From positions 1-59,060 of the forward strand of contig JAQTUK010000001.1 in assembly GCA_028710285.1 (NCBI GenBank): a stretch of 59,060 bases of DNA, in the 5' to 3' direction. How positions within the stretch are numbered: the stretch's first letter is position 1; each line of letters opens with the position of its first letter. Of the stretch, positions 49,434 to 58,420 are shown one piece after another. The translations under genes and the position numbers were made by a program. Source of the DNA: Candidatus Methylacidiphilaceae bacterium. GTDB taxonomy: Bacteria; Verrucomicrobiota; Verrucomicrobiia; Methylacidiphilales; Methylacidiphilaceae. The notes beneath the pieces were generated by a model. That model was not told the origin of the DNA and searched no databases. It was given only the letters and a program-made list of their open reading frames with translations.

Positions 49434-51632
49434 GTGCATTCTTCTGCGCCATTGTGGGTGGATCGAAAGAAAGATCTGGCGGCTCGGCGGCCAACGGGAA
49501 GCGGGACAGCGACTCACTGCCCGTACTGCGCCTTGCAATGCGGGATCAAGGTGCAGGTTGGCCCTGCGGGACCCCTGGTCCGGCCAAGACCCTTTCCCGT
49601 CAACCGGGGAGTTTTGTGTCCCAAAGGATGGGCGGCGGCAGAGTTGCTGCGCCATCCGGACAGGCTCCGCACGCCGCTTGTGCGAGAGGCCAAAGGCGCC
49701 CCGCTTTCTCCTCTTCCTTGGCCGGAAGCCCTGGATCGTACTGCGGCGGCCATCCGGCGGATCCAGTTAACCTACGGCCGCCACTCCTTTGGCCTCTTCG
49801 GTGGGGGAGGGCTCACCAACGAAAAGGTCTATCTTCTTGGAAAGTTCGCTCGGGTCGGTTTGAAAACTCGCTCGATCGACTACAACGGCCGCTTCTGCAT
49901 GTCTTCGGCCGCCGTTGCGATGAAAAGGGCCTTCGGCCTCGATCGCGGGCTGCCTTTCCCAATTGCCGACATTTCCGGGGCCGAAGTCGTCGTTCTTGTG
50001 GGAGCCAACGTCTCCGAAACCATGCCTCCCCTGGAGCAGTATCTGAAGGAGCAACGGAGTCGAGGAGGCTCTCTTATTGTGATCGACCCAAGGAGAACGT
50101 CGACAGCGTGCCATGCGGATCTTCACCTTCCGCTCCGGCCAGGGAGCGATGCAGCTTTGGCCCTTGGTCTCCTCCACTTGATCCTTGCGGAGGATCGGGT
50201 GGACTGGGAGTTCGTGGCGAAGCGGACGGTCGGATTTGAGGAGGTCCGGAAGCAAGCCATCGCGTTTTGGCCCGAGCGCGCGGCTCGGCTGACCGGGCTC
50301 TCCCCTTCGCAGCTTCGGGAGGTGGCTTCCCTTCTGGGGAAGGCCAAAACTCTCCTCGTCCTCTCGGGCCGCGGCCAGGAGCAGCAGAGCGAGTCCGTCG
50401 GCAATCTCTCGGCGTGGATCAATCTCTGTCTTGCCTTGGGCAAGGTGGGGAAGCCCTTCTGCGGGTTTGGCTCGCTCACAGGCCAAGGCAATGGCCAGGG
50501 AGGACGAGAGCATGGGCAAAAAGCGGATCAGCTACCTGGCTATCGCAGCCTCGAGGCGGCGGAAGACCGGACCCATCTTTGCCGGTTCTGGGGGATTGCG
50601 GAGGAAGAGCTGCCCCATTCCGGACCGACAGCGGAGCCCCTTCTTCGAAGCTGTGGAGAGGCTGGCGGGCTCCAGGGCCTGCTCGTGATGGGATCGAATC
50701 CCGCGATCTCGGCTCCGAAAAGCCTGGAGGTAATGGAGCGGCTCCGAAACCTCGAATTTCTCGTCGTATCGGATTTCTTCCTATCGGAGACAGCTGCACT
50801 CGCGGATGTCGTGCTGCCTGCCGCACAGTGGGCGGAGGAGGAGGGGACCATGACCAATCTCGAAGGCCGGGTCATTCTCCGAGAGCGCGCGCTGGCCCCA
50901 CCTCCAGGGGTATGGAACGACCTGGAAATCCTCCACGCCCTCGCCGAGCGTCTCGGGTGGGGAGAAGCCTTTCCCGCGGAGGCGATTCAGGTATTTGACG
51001 AGCTGCGACGGGCGAGTGCCGGGGGAGCGGCGGATTACTCGGGAATCTCCTATCCCCGCCTCCGCCAGGGCGAAGAGCTCTTCTGGCCCTGTCCAAGCCC
51101 CGGCCATCCGGGTACTCCCCGGCCCTTTCTCGATCAATTTGCAACCCCGGATGGCAAAGCCCGATTCCATCCGATCCAGGGTTTAGGACCGGCCGAGACT
51201 CCCGACTCTGCTTTTCCTCTCTGGCTGACGACCGGACGCCTCCTTGTCCACTACCAATCGGGAACCCAGACTCGGCGATCTCCCACTCTGCTTCGCCTGG
51301 AATCGGAACCGACGGTGGCGATCCACCCAGAAATGGCTAAGGGGCTCAAGATCGAGGCCGGAGATCGGGTACGGGTCAGCACCCGCCGCGGCTTCGTGCG
51401 TGCGGTAGCGCGGATTTCCAAAGGCCTTCGGATGGATTGTCTCTTTCTCCCCTTCCACTGGGGAGGGGAAGGCTCAGCCAACCGTGTGACCAATCCGGTC
51501 CTCGATCTGGAGTCGGGCATGCCCGAGTTCAAGTGTTGCGCCGCTCGTGTGGAGCGGGAGAGCGAAGGGTGCTCGAACCCGGAGATAAACCCGTTTGAAG
51601 GGAAACCAGAAAACCTAAGGAAGAATCCATGA
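49434..51632 (+). CDS. nasA: Assimilatory nitrate reductase catalytic subunit (Mo-bisPGD, 4Fe-4S)
   Basis: HCPYCALQCG..LCPKG, NGRFCMSSA, TGQGNGQGGRE, EEGTMTNLEGR, LTTGR, PEFK; start GTG 49434 or 49458. Confidence 0.95.
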   Translation: MHSSAPLWVDRKKDLAARRPTGSGTATHCPYCALQCGIKVQVGPAGPLVRPRPFPVNRGVLCPKGWAAAELLRHPDRLRTPLVREAKGAPLSPLPWPEALDRTAAAIRRIQLTYGRHSFGLFGGGGLTNEKVYLLGKFARVGLKTRSIDYNGRFCMSSAAVAMKRAFGLDRGLPFPIADISGAEVVVLVGANVSETMPPLEQYLKEQRSRGGSLIVIDPRRTSTACHADLHLPLRPGSDAALALGLLHLILAEDRVDWEFVAKRTVGFEEVRKQAIAFWPERAARLTGLSPSQLREVASLLGKAKTLLVLSGRGQEQQSESVGNLSAWINLCLALGKVGKPFCGFGSLTGQGNGQGGREHGQKADQLPGYRSLEAAEDRTHLCRFWGIAEEELPHSGPTAEPLLRSCGEAGGLQGLLVMGSNPAISAPKSLEVMERLRNLEFLVVSDFFLSETAALADVVLPAAQWAEEEGTMTNLEGRVILRERALAPPPGVWNDLEILHALAERLGWGEAFPAEAIQVFDELRRASAGGAADYSGISYPRLRQGEELFWPCPSPGHPGTPRPFLDQFATPDGKARFHPIQGLGPAETPDSAFPLWLTTGRLLVHYQSGTQTRRSPTLLRLESEPTVAIHPEMAKGLKIEAGDRVRVSTRRGFVRAVARISKGLRMDCLFLPFHWGGEGSANRVTNPVLDLESGMPEFKCCAARVERESEGCSNPEINPFEGKPENLRKNP

Positions 51633-54115
51633 GAAACGAAATCGCTCAGTCTTTAGTTTGCCCCCAGGAACGGCCGCGGCTGATCGTGGTTGGAGCAGGC
51701 ATGGCCGCCGCTCGGCTTCTGGAAGAGATGAAAGCGGGCGGCGGTCTCGAGCAGTGGAATGTGACGCTCATTGGAGAGGAGCGATCCTGGCCTTACAATC
51801 GGATTCTGCTCTCCTCGATCGTGCAGAAGAGCTACAAGCCGAAGGAGATCCTGCTCCAGGCCCCGGAGTGGTATCGTGAGAGTGGGGTCCGCTCCCTCTT
51901 GGGGAGGCGCGTGGAGCGAATCGATCGGGCAATGGGGTTTGTCCACACCTCCGATCGGAGCCTGCCCTACGACAAGCTCATCCTGGCAACCGGCAGCCAG
52001 CCACTCCTCCCGCCGATTTCCGACCTCCAAACCGCAGGAGGCAGCCTTCGCCCGGGTGTCTTTGTCTTCCGTACGGTGGAAGATTGCCGGCGGATCATGG
52101 ACGCGGCCGGAAACTGCCGCCGGGCGATTGTGATTGGCGGAGGTCTTCTCGGTCTTGAGGCGGCTTATGGGCTGCTTGCCCACGGGTTAAGCGTCCATCT
52201 TGTCCACCTGCAGGGCCACTTAATGGAGCAGCAGCTCGACCCGACTGCAGGCGCCGTCTTACAGCAGGCCGTAGAACGGAAGGGGATCGTCGTTCATCTT
52301 CGTTCGGAGACCATGGCAATCCTCGGGGAGGGGGAGCGGGTCGAAGGGATTCGCCTGAAAGATGGGAGGACTCTTTCCGCTGACTTGGTCATCGTCGCTG
52401 CGGGCATTCGTCCGAACGTGAGCCTTGCCAAGAGCTGTGGCCTCCCGGTGGGGCGGGGAGTCATGGTTGACGACAGGCTGTCCACTCCTGATCCCCACAT
52501 TCATGCGATTGGCGACTGCTCCGAGCATAGGAATCAGGTTTATGGACTCGTGGGTCCCGCCTGGGAGCAGGCAAAGACTCTCGCCGATCTGCTCACGGGA
52601 AGAAACCCGGAGGGACGCTATCCAGGCTCCAAAATCGCAACCCGTCTCAAAATCGCCGGAATCGATCTGACCGTCCTGGGGGAGACCGAACCGAAGAGCC
52701 TAGAGGACGAACTGGTTCTGTACAGTGAACCGAACCATGGGGTCTACAAGAAGCTTCTGGTTCGCGAAAATAGGGTAGCGGGCGCCATCATCCTGGGTGA
52801 CGGCTCCAAAGGGGCCGAGCTCTTAAGCCTCTTCGATCTCCAGACTCCTCTTCCCCCCGCCCGCGCGAATCTCCTTCTGGGTCCACTCCCCGGCTCAGGA
52901 GCTCTCCAGGCGACAGCTGAGGCAGACGAACAGATCCTCTGCTTCTGCAACGGCGTCAAAAGGGGCGCAATCCGCCAAGCGGTGGAAGGAGGATGTCGAA
53001 GCCTTTGGGCGCTCGGCCAGACAACGCGAGCGACCACCGGCTGCGGCTCTTGCAAGAGCAGCGTGGCAAAGCTCCTGGAGGAGCTCTTGGGAGCCGCTCC
53101 AGAGGAGGATCCGAAGGCGCACTACTACGTGCCCGGGGTGCCCCTCCCCAAGGCCGATCTGGTCGCCGAGATCCGCCGCAGAGGCCTCCGGTCGGTTTCG
53201 GCGGTTTTTCGAGAACTTGCTGGTGGCCGCGAAGACGCTGCGAGCAAACCGGGCCTGGCCTCCCTCCTGAAGAGCCTATGGAAGGAGCAGTATGAGGACG
53301 AGCGGGATGCCAGACATACCAATGATCGGGTTCACGCGAACATTCAAAAGGACAGCAGCTATTCTGTCGTGCCCCGGATCTACGGGGGGGTCGTTACCCC
53401 CTCCGAGCTGCGCCGAATCGCGGATGTTGCGGAGAAATACAAGGTCCCGATGGTGAAGATCACCGGCGGACAACGGATCGATCTGCTCGGGATAGGAAAG
53501 GAAGAGCTGCCGGCCGTTTGGCGAGATCTCGGGATGCCATGCGGCCACGCGTACACCAAGGCATTCCGCACCTGCAAGACCTGCGTGGGTACCGAATTCT
53601 GCCGGTTTGGACTGGGAGATTCGACCTCTCTCGGTGTGGCCCTGGAAAAGCGATTTCAGGGTCTGGAGACTCCTGCCAAGGTGAAGATGGCCGTAAGCGG
53701 CTGCCCGAGAAATTGCGCCGAGGCGACCACCAAGGATCTTGGGGCCATCGCCATTGAGTCGGGTTGGCAACTCTACGTGGGCGGAGCCGCTGGATCCCGG
53801 GTTCGAGCGGGGGATCTTCTGGCGACCGTTTCCGACCCGGAGGAGGTGCTTCGGATCTCCGAGAGGTTCCTCGCCTACTATGGAGAAAATGCCCGGTATG
53901 CCGAACGGAGCTACCACTTCGTTGAGAGGATCGGGATCGAGCGTCTTCGCTCCCTCCTTGTCGAGGACGCAGAAGGGCGGGGAGAGGAGCTCGAACGCCA
54001 GATTTCCCAAGCGATCTCCGCCTATCGGGACCCTTGGCAGGAAGGAGAGCACCCGGTCGAACCGGGTCAATTTCAAGCCGTAAAGGATCTGCCTATGGTG
54101 GAGGGAGTCAAATGA
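51629..54115 (+). CDS. nirB: NAD(P)H-dependent siroheme nitrite reductase large subunit
   Basis: GAGMAA, GGGLLGLE, CFCNGV..CGSC, HANIQKD, KTCVGTEFC, SGCPRNC. Confidence 0.96.
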   Translation: MRNEIAQSLVCPQERPRLIVVGAGMAAARLLEEMKAGGGLEQWNVTLIGEERSWPYNRILLSSIVQKSYKPKEILLQAPEWYRESGVRSLLGRRVERIDRAMGFVHTSDRSLPYDKLILATGSQPLLPPISDLQTAGGSLRPGVFVFRTVEDCRRIMDAAGNCRRAIVIGGGLLGLEAAYGLLAHGLSVHLVHLQGHLMEQQLDPTAGAVLQQAVERKGIVVHLRSETMAILGEGERVEGIRLKDGRTLSADLVIVAAGIRPNVSLAKSCGLPVGRGVMVDDRLSTPDPHIHAIGDCSEHRNQVYGLVGPAWEQAKTLADLLTGRNPEGRYPGSKIATRLKIAGIDLTVLGETEPKSLEDELVLYSEPNHGVYKKLLVRENRVAGAIILGDGSKGAELLSLFDLQTPLPPARANLLLGPLPGSGALQATAEADEQILCFCNGVKRGAIRQAVEGGCRSLWALGQTTRATTGCGSCKSSVAKLLEELLGAAPEEDPKAHYYVPGVPLPKADLVAEIRRRGLRSVSAVFRELAGGREDAASKPGLASLLKSLWKEQYEDERDARHTNDRVHANIQKDSSYSVVPRIYGGVVTPSELRRIADVAEKYKVPMVKITGGQRIDLLGIGKEELPAVWRDLGMPCGHAYTKAFRTCKTCVGTEFCRFGLGDSTSLGVALEKRFQGLETPAKVKMAVSGCPRNCAEATTKDLGAIAIESGWQLYVGGAAGSRVRAGDLLATVSDPEEVLRISERFLAYYGENARYAERSYHFVERIGIERLRSLLVEDAEGRGEELERQISQAISAYRDPWQEGEHPVEPGQFQAVKDLPMVEGVK

Positions 54116-54567
54116 CTCGGTCGATTCCGCCGGGAAGGGACGCCTGGGTCGACCTTGGGCTCATCGGGGCAATCCCGCCCGGCCAGGGCCGCTGTTTCCG
54201 GGTTGCCCACTCCATGATTGCGGTTTTCCATCCGCGGAGCGGAACTCTTCGAGCACTCGATGCGGTCTGCCCTCATCAGGCGGGAAGGCTTTGCGAAGGG
54301 GTCCTGGACCAAGAAAAAGTGCTCTGCCCACTGCACGGCTTTGCCTTTTTGCTGCAGACGGGAGAGGGATCCGGGCATGCGCACTCCGTCCGCTCCTATG
54401 AGATCCGAATCACAAGCGGGCGGATTCTGGTGAGGATTCCCGTCTCTCCCTTGGAGGAAGGATCTTTGGCGGCGGAAAAAGGAGAGCAACACATCCAATC
54501 GCTTCCCGCCACCAGAAAAGGGCCACGCAGGAAATGGCAACCTGCTGCTCGAGGGAAAAAGCGATGA
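54112..54567 (+). CDS. nirD: Nitrite reductase small subunit (Rieske)
   Basis: CPHQAG..CPLHG; ATGA overlap with nirB. Confidence 0.9.
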   Translation: MTRSIPPGRDAWVDLGLIGAIPPGQGRCFRVAHSMIAVFHPRSGTLRALDAVCPHQAGRLCEGVLDQEKVLCPLHGFAFLLQTGEGSGHAHSVRSYEIRITSGRILVRIPVSPLEEGSLAAEKGEQHIQSLPATRKGPRRKWQPAARGKKR

Positions 54568-54752
54568 ACCGCACCGCCTTGGTTTTCACTCTACCGCACG
54601 GATTCCACCCTGTCGCGACCGGTTGCTTCCCAGGAAAGAGAGGAGCCTCCACGCCCTCTACGGATCTCCAGAGGATCGACCAGAATTCCAGGGATCGAGA
54701 TCCGCTCTCGGAAAAGATCGGCCTCGGTCCCCATGTGGAACAGGGAGGGTAG
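54564..54752 (+). CDS. Possible 62-aa small protein
   Basis: ATGA overlap with nirD stop; GAGGG upstream; stop abuts the globin SD. Confidence 0.3.
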   Translation: MNRTALVFTLPHGFHPVATGCFPGKRGASTPSTDLQRIDQNSRDRDPLSEKIGLGPHVEQGG

Positions 54753-54766
54753 AAGGAGATAAGCCG

Positions 54767-55234
54767 ATGGATATCAACGTCGAATTGATCAAGCAGAGTG
54801 GAAAAGCCATTCAAAGGCTGGGGCCCAGGGTCACGGAGTATTTTTACAACCACATGTTTACCCATTATCCGGAGGTTCGACCGCTATTCCCCCCGCATAT
54901 GACCGAGCAGCAGAGACGACTCTTCGAGGCGCTGCTTTTCCTTGCCGAACATGTCGACCGTACAGAGCAGCTCGTTCCCTATCTGAATAGCTTGGGCGTG
55001 AGCCATATCCAGTATAACACCCGACCCGAACATTATCCGATCGTCGGCCGGAGCCTGCTCGCAACGCTCCAACATTTTCTCGGGCCCGCGTGGACCCGAG
55101 AAATGGCGGAATCTTGGATCGCTGCCTACAACCTCGTCGCGACCATCTGCATCGAGGCGGCTTGCGCGGCAATGAAGTCCGATCGTTATCTGCCACTGAC
55201 CTTGGCCGATGCGCCCTCAATCGCCCTCCGCTAG
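54767..55234 (+). CDS. Single-domain 3/3 globin (flavohemoglobin-globin/Vgb-like)
   Basis: FY (B10), PEVRPLF (CD1), Q (E7), LGVSH (F8), PEHYPIVG, W..AY; SD AAGGAG. Confidence 0.92.
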   Translation: MDINVELIKQSGKAIQRLGPRVTEYFYNHMFTHYPEVRPLFPPHMTEQQRRLFEALLFLAEHVDRTEQLVPYLNSLGVSHIQYNTRPEHYPIVGRSLLATLQHFLGPAWTREMAESWIAAYNLVATICIEAACAAMKSDRYLPLTLADAPSIALR

Positions 55235-57275
55235 AAGCAATCCGTTTTGGGCGGACTGGCTCCCAAGAGGGAAGCGAGTCGTTTGCCACGGCGAAAGTGC
55301 GCTGAACCAAACTTCGCATCTGGCAAGCCAGACCCCCTTTTTGACTCTTTTTGCATCCTTTCTCTACTTCGACCTTAGTTTTGCGGTCTGGGTGCTCTTC
55401 GGAGCCCTCGGAAACTTCGTTGCCGCGGATTTCCGGCTCTCCCCCTGGCAGAAAGGGTTTCTTGTGGCTGTGCCCGTTTTGAGCGGAAGCCTTTTCCGAA
55501 TTGCTCTCGGGTGGGCGGAGACCCGCTTCGGCGGGAAGAGAGCGGCGCTGACCGGGCTTTGCCTCACCGCCCTTCCCCTGCTTTGGGGGTGGAAAGGAGC
55601 CTCCCACCTATGGGAGCTGCCCGCGATCGGCATCCTCCTGGGAGTGGCCGGGGCGAGTTTTGCCGTAGCACTGCCCATGGCTTCCCGCTGGTTCCCGCCA
55701 GAGAAGCAGGGCCTTGTACTTGGCCTGGCAGGGGCTGGCAATAGCGGCACGCTCTTCGCGACGCTTTTTGGCCCCTATTTGGCTTCGCGCCTCGGATGGC
55801 ATGCGGTCTTTGGATTGGCCCTCCTCCCCATTCTGCTGACGTTTCTTGTTGTGCTGGTCCTAGCGCAAGACGCTCCGGGAACAAGAGCAACGTCCAATAG
55901 GCTGAGTCAGTTCCGACAGGTTCTACGGCTGTCGGACACCTGGGTCTTTGCCCTGCTCTATAGCGTCACCTTTGGTGGCTTTATCGGCTTCACAAGCTTT
56001 CTTGCTTTTTTCTTCTTCGATCAATACGGGGTGAGTAAAGTCTCCGCCGGCCTGTTGCAGACGCTCGTGGTTGCTGCTGGCAGCTTCATGCGTCCTGTCG
56101 GAGGCTACCTAGCCGATCGCCTCGGTGGGTGGCGCCTCCTTTGCGCTCTCCTGGTCGGGGCCGCCTTCTGCTCTCTTGCGACAAGCTTTTTCCTGCCGCT
56201 CCCCATCGAGGTCGGGGCGTTTGTTGTTTTCCTCGGCTCCCTTGGGATGGGAAATGGAGCGGTCTTCCAGCTCGTGGGCATACGCTTGGGACCTCAGATC
56301 GGCCTTGTCACGGGCCTCATCGGGGCGGCAGGTGGATTGGGCGGCTTTCTGCTTCCCCTCTGCCTTGGGCTGATCAAGTCAACGACAGAGTCCTACGCCA
56401 CCGCTTTCTTCCTTTACGCAAGCGCGCTTGCGATCGCCGCGCTCATCAGCATCCGAAGCCAACGACGCGCAAAGACATTGGCCATGAAGACGTCTGCCTC
56501 AGCCGTATGCCTGATTGGCCTCGCATCGATTCCTCTTTGGGCAACGGGTCCGCTTTGGGGAGCACTGCCGAATCCTTCCCTTCCAGAAGACGACGGTGTC
56601 CTTGGTCAGGAAACGAAAACCAATCGTAAGTCACTTTCAGCCTCAATCTTCTATAACGAGCCCGACACGTCGAAGCGCGCCCCGGGCAGCTGGTTCCTGA
56701 GCATCGGAACTGGCGCCGGGTTTCCCCACTACTCAAGCGGCGACGTAGTCAATCGCGTCACCGGGGCTGTGGAGCCACTCGAAGCTAATGCCAGCTTTGC
56801 TGTCTCTTCGCTTCTCTCGATTGGGTACCGCTGGTTTAATCCGGAGCGCTGGGGCCACTGGTCCTTCGACGCTGACTTTGTAGGCGCCTACCTAGGGACA
56901 GGCGTCTCGGGCGTCCAGGTTCGGGATCACATCAATCTAGGCTTCCTGGGACTGAGGGGACGGATCGGCTATCGGGTGCTGCACGACCAGTTCGAACCAT
57001 TCCTTGGCTTTTCTGCCGGCGCGGTGATCGATAACGTGGAAACCGCCGGCCTCGATCACGGCGCGCTCTGGGGCTACTGGGTTGCTCCTACTGGTGGCAT
57101 TCGGTTGTACATTCCTCAAACACGTTGGTCGATCACCGTGGAAGGACTTTTCCGGTTCGTCGGAGGACTGAACGGGTTCGATGGAGGCCCAGGACTCGCC
57201 ATGAATGAGACACCAGGTGGTAGTCACTGGATCTATGTGCCCTTGGGGGTGGTGGCAATCGGCTATCGTTTTTGA
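55209..57275 (+). CDS. NarK/NNP-family MFS nitrate transporter fused to an outer-membrane beta-barrel
   Basis: GASFAVALPMASRWFP, GAGNSG, TFGGFIG, RPVGGYLAD, GMGNGAVFQ, GAAGGLGGF; then in frame from 56484 a signal-like segment and a barrel ending AIGYRF; start uncertain. Confidence 0.88.
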   Translation: MRPQSPSARSNPFWADWLPRGKRVVCHGESALNQTSHLASQTPFLTLFASFLYFDLSFAVWVLFGALGNFVAADFRLSPWQKGFLVAVPVLSGSLFRIALGWAETRFGGKRAALTGLCLTALPLLWGWKGASHLWELPAIGILLGVAGASFAVALPMASRWFPPEKQGLVLGLAGAGNSGTLFATLFGPYLASRLGWHAVFGLALLPILLTFLVVLVLAQDAPGTRATSNRLSQFRQVLRLSDTWVFALLYSVTFGGFIGFTSFLAFFFFDQYGVSKVSAGLLQTLVVAAGSFMRPVGGYLADRLGGWRLLCALLVGAAFCSLATSFFLPLPIEVGAFVVFLGSLGMGNGAVFQLVGIRLGPQIGLVTGLIGAAGGLGGFLLPLCLGLIKSTTESYATAFFLYASALAIAALISIRSQRRAKTLAMKTSASAVCLIGLASIPLWATGPLWGALPNPSLPEDDGVLGQETKTNRKSLSASIFYNEPDTSKRAPGSWFLSIGTGAGFPHYSSGDVVNRVTGAVEPLEANASFAVSSLLSIGYRWFNPERWGHWSFDADFVGAYLGTGVSGVQVRDHINLGFLGLRGRIGYRVLHDQFEPFLGFSAGAVIDNVETAGLDHGALWGYWVAPTGGIRLYIPQTRWSITVEGLFRFVGGLNGFDGGPGLAMNETPGGSHWIYVPLGVVAIGYRF

Positions 57276-57540
57276 CCGGTCATGCCCCGGGGGTTGCGCA
57301 GCTGGGGCCTGCGGTGAGGTCGGCAGAGGATCGCCGCCGGTACGCCAACACCGCGCCGGTCAATCGGAGAACAAAACGGACAGGGCAATTCCGGGTCCTC
57401 CCAGTGCAAATCCACCGCGAAAAAGGCCTTCACTCCGGCGTAAGGATATTTGAGTACGTTTTTCGGAGCGGATGAACGGCGTCCCCCTCGGGAATAGGAA
57501 AAAACGGGAAGCTCCAACGCAGAGGGCGCGTGCGAAAGCC

Positions 57541-57580
57541 GCTACTCGACCGTTGGCAACCGCTGCATCTCTTCGGCGGC
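57541..57580. repeat. 40-bp direct repeat, right copy (3' end of gene 57542..58420)
   Basis: GCTACTCGACCGTTGGCAACCGCTGCATCTCTTCGGCGGC encodes AAEEMQRLPTVE-stop on the minus strand. Confidence 0.95.
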
Positions 57581-58420
57581 CTTCTTTGCCCGGACGAGCT
57601 GTTCGCGGAGCGCCTTCTCGGTCGCCTTCCGCTGCGCTTCCAGCGCCCGCTCTTCCTCCCGAAGCCGGCGGTGGAGCTGTCGCTCCTGGTCCAAGAGCTC
57701 CTTCTGCTCCTCCTTCTGCTGGGCGAGCTTCTTCGTGAGGGCGATCAGCTTCTTGTCTTCGGGGAGCAAGGCTGGTTTCCGTCCGACGGGAAGCTTCTTG
57801 GGAGGGCGGACATCGTCCCGCGCCATGTTCGGCGGGCGCTTCTTGGAGATCCGAGGGGAACTCGGTGCTTCCTGCGAAGCGGGAGCGGATGGAATGATCG
57901 ACCGGGAGGGAACCGGGTGAGAGGAAGCCGGGAGCGTTGCCATGCTCTTTTTCCGGGTGAAGGTGCTCGGCAGAGGTTGAGTTTCCGCTGCAGGAGGAAA
58001 CCGGTGGACGACAAAGACGCCGTCAAGAGACTCGAGCATGTATCCGTTCGCCCGCGCGCCCGCCTTGGCCATCGAGAGGGGATCGAGGTCGTAGAAGACC
58101 GAGTTGACCATTCCCTGCACATCCGGGGTGGGGATGTAATTGGTGCCCGCCCGCTGGGCCATGGCTTGGAGAAAGGCGTTCAGCGGCATCCCGAGAATGT
58201 GATACGCCTTGGCCACGGCTTCCTCCTCCGGCTTTTCCGACGGCCGTTCAAAAGATGCGGAGGCGGCGCTCCGCCCGGGGCGAAAATCGACGTCGAATTG
58301 CGTCGGGGGGGCGGCAGCCCGCTTGCGCCATCCACCCGCCCCATCCTGTCCCCAGGAGGGAAGAAGGGAGAAGCCAAGGAGACTTCCCACTAAAAGAAGG
58401 AGCAAAGGCAGCAATTTCAT
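57542..58420 (-). CDS. Exported protein with secretin N0/STN-like domain and C-terminal coiled coil
   Basis: Signal peptide; MPLNAFLQAMAQRAGTNYIPTPDVQGMV..GYML; Pro-rich linker; long E/K/R coiled coil. Confidence 0.6.
   Translation of the reverse strand: MKLLPLLLLLVGSLLGFSLLPSWGQDGAGGWRKRAAAPPTQFDVDFRPGRSAASASFERPSEKPEEEAVAKAYHILGMPLNAFLQAMAQRAGTNYIPTPDVQGMVNSVFYDLDPLSMAKAGARANGYMLESLDGVFVVHRFPPAAETQPLPSTFTRKKSMATLPASSHPVPSRSIIPSAPASQEAPSSPRISKKRPPNMARDDVRPPKKLPVGRKPALLPEDKKLIALTKKLAQQKEEQKELLDQERQLHRRLREEERALEAQRKATEKALREQLVRAKKAAEEMQRLPTVE

Larger units (their letters stand above)
47132..57540. mobile_element. Putative integrated nitrate-assimilation islet
   Basis: Bounded by the 40-bp direct repeats; functionally self-contained; no integrase inside. 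Confidence 0.7.
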
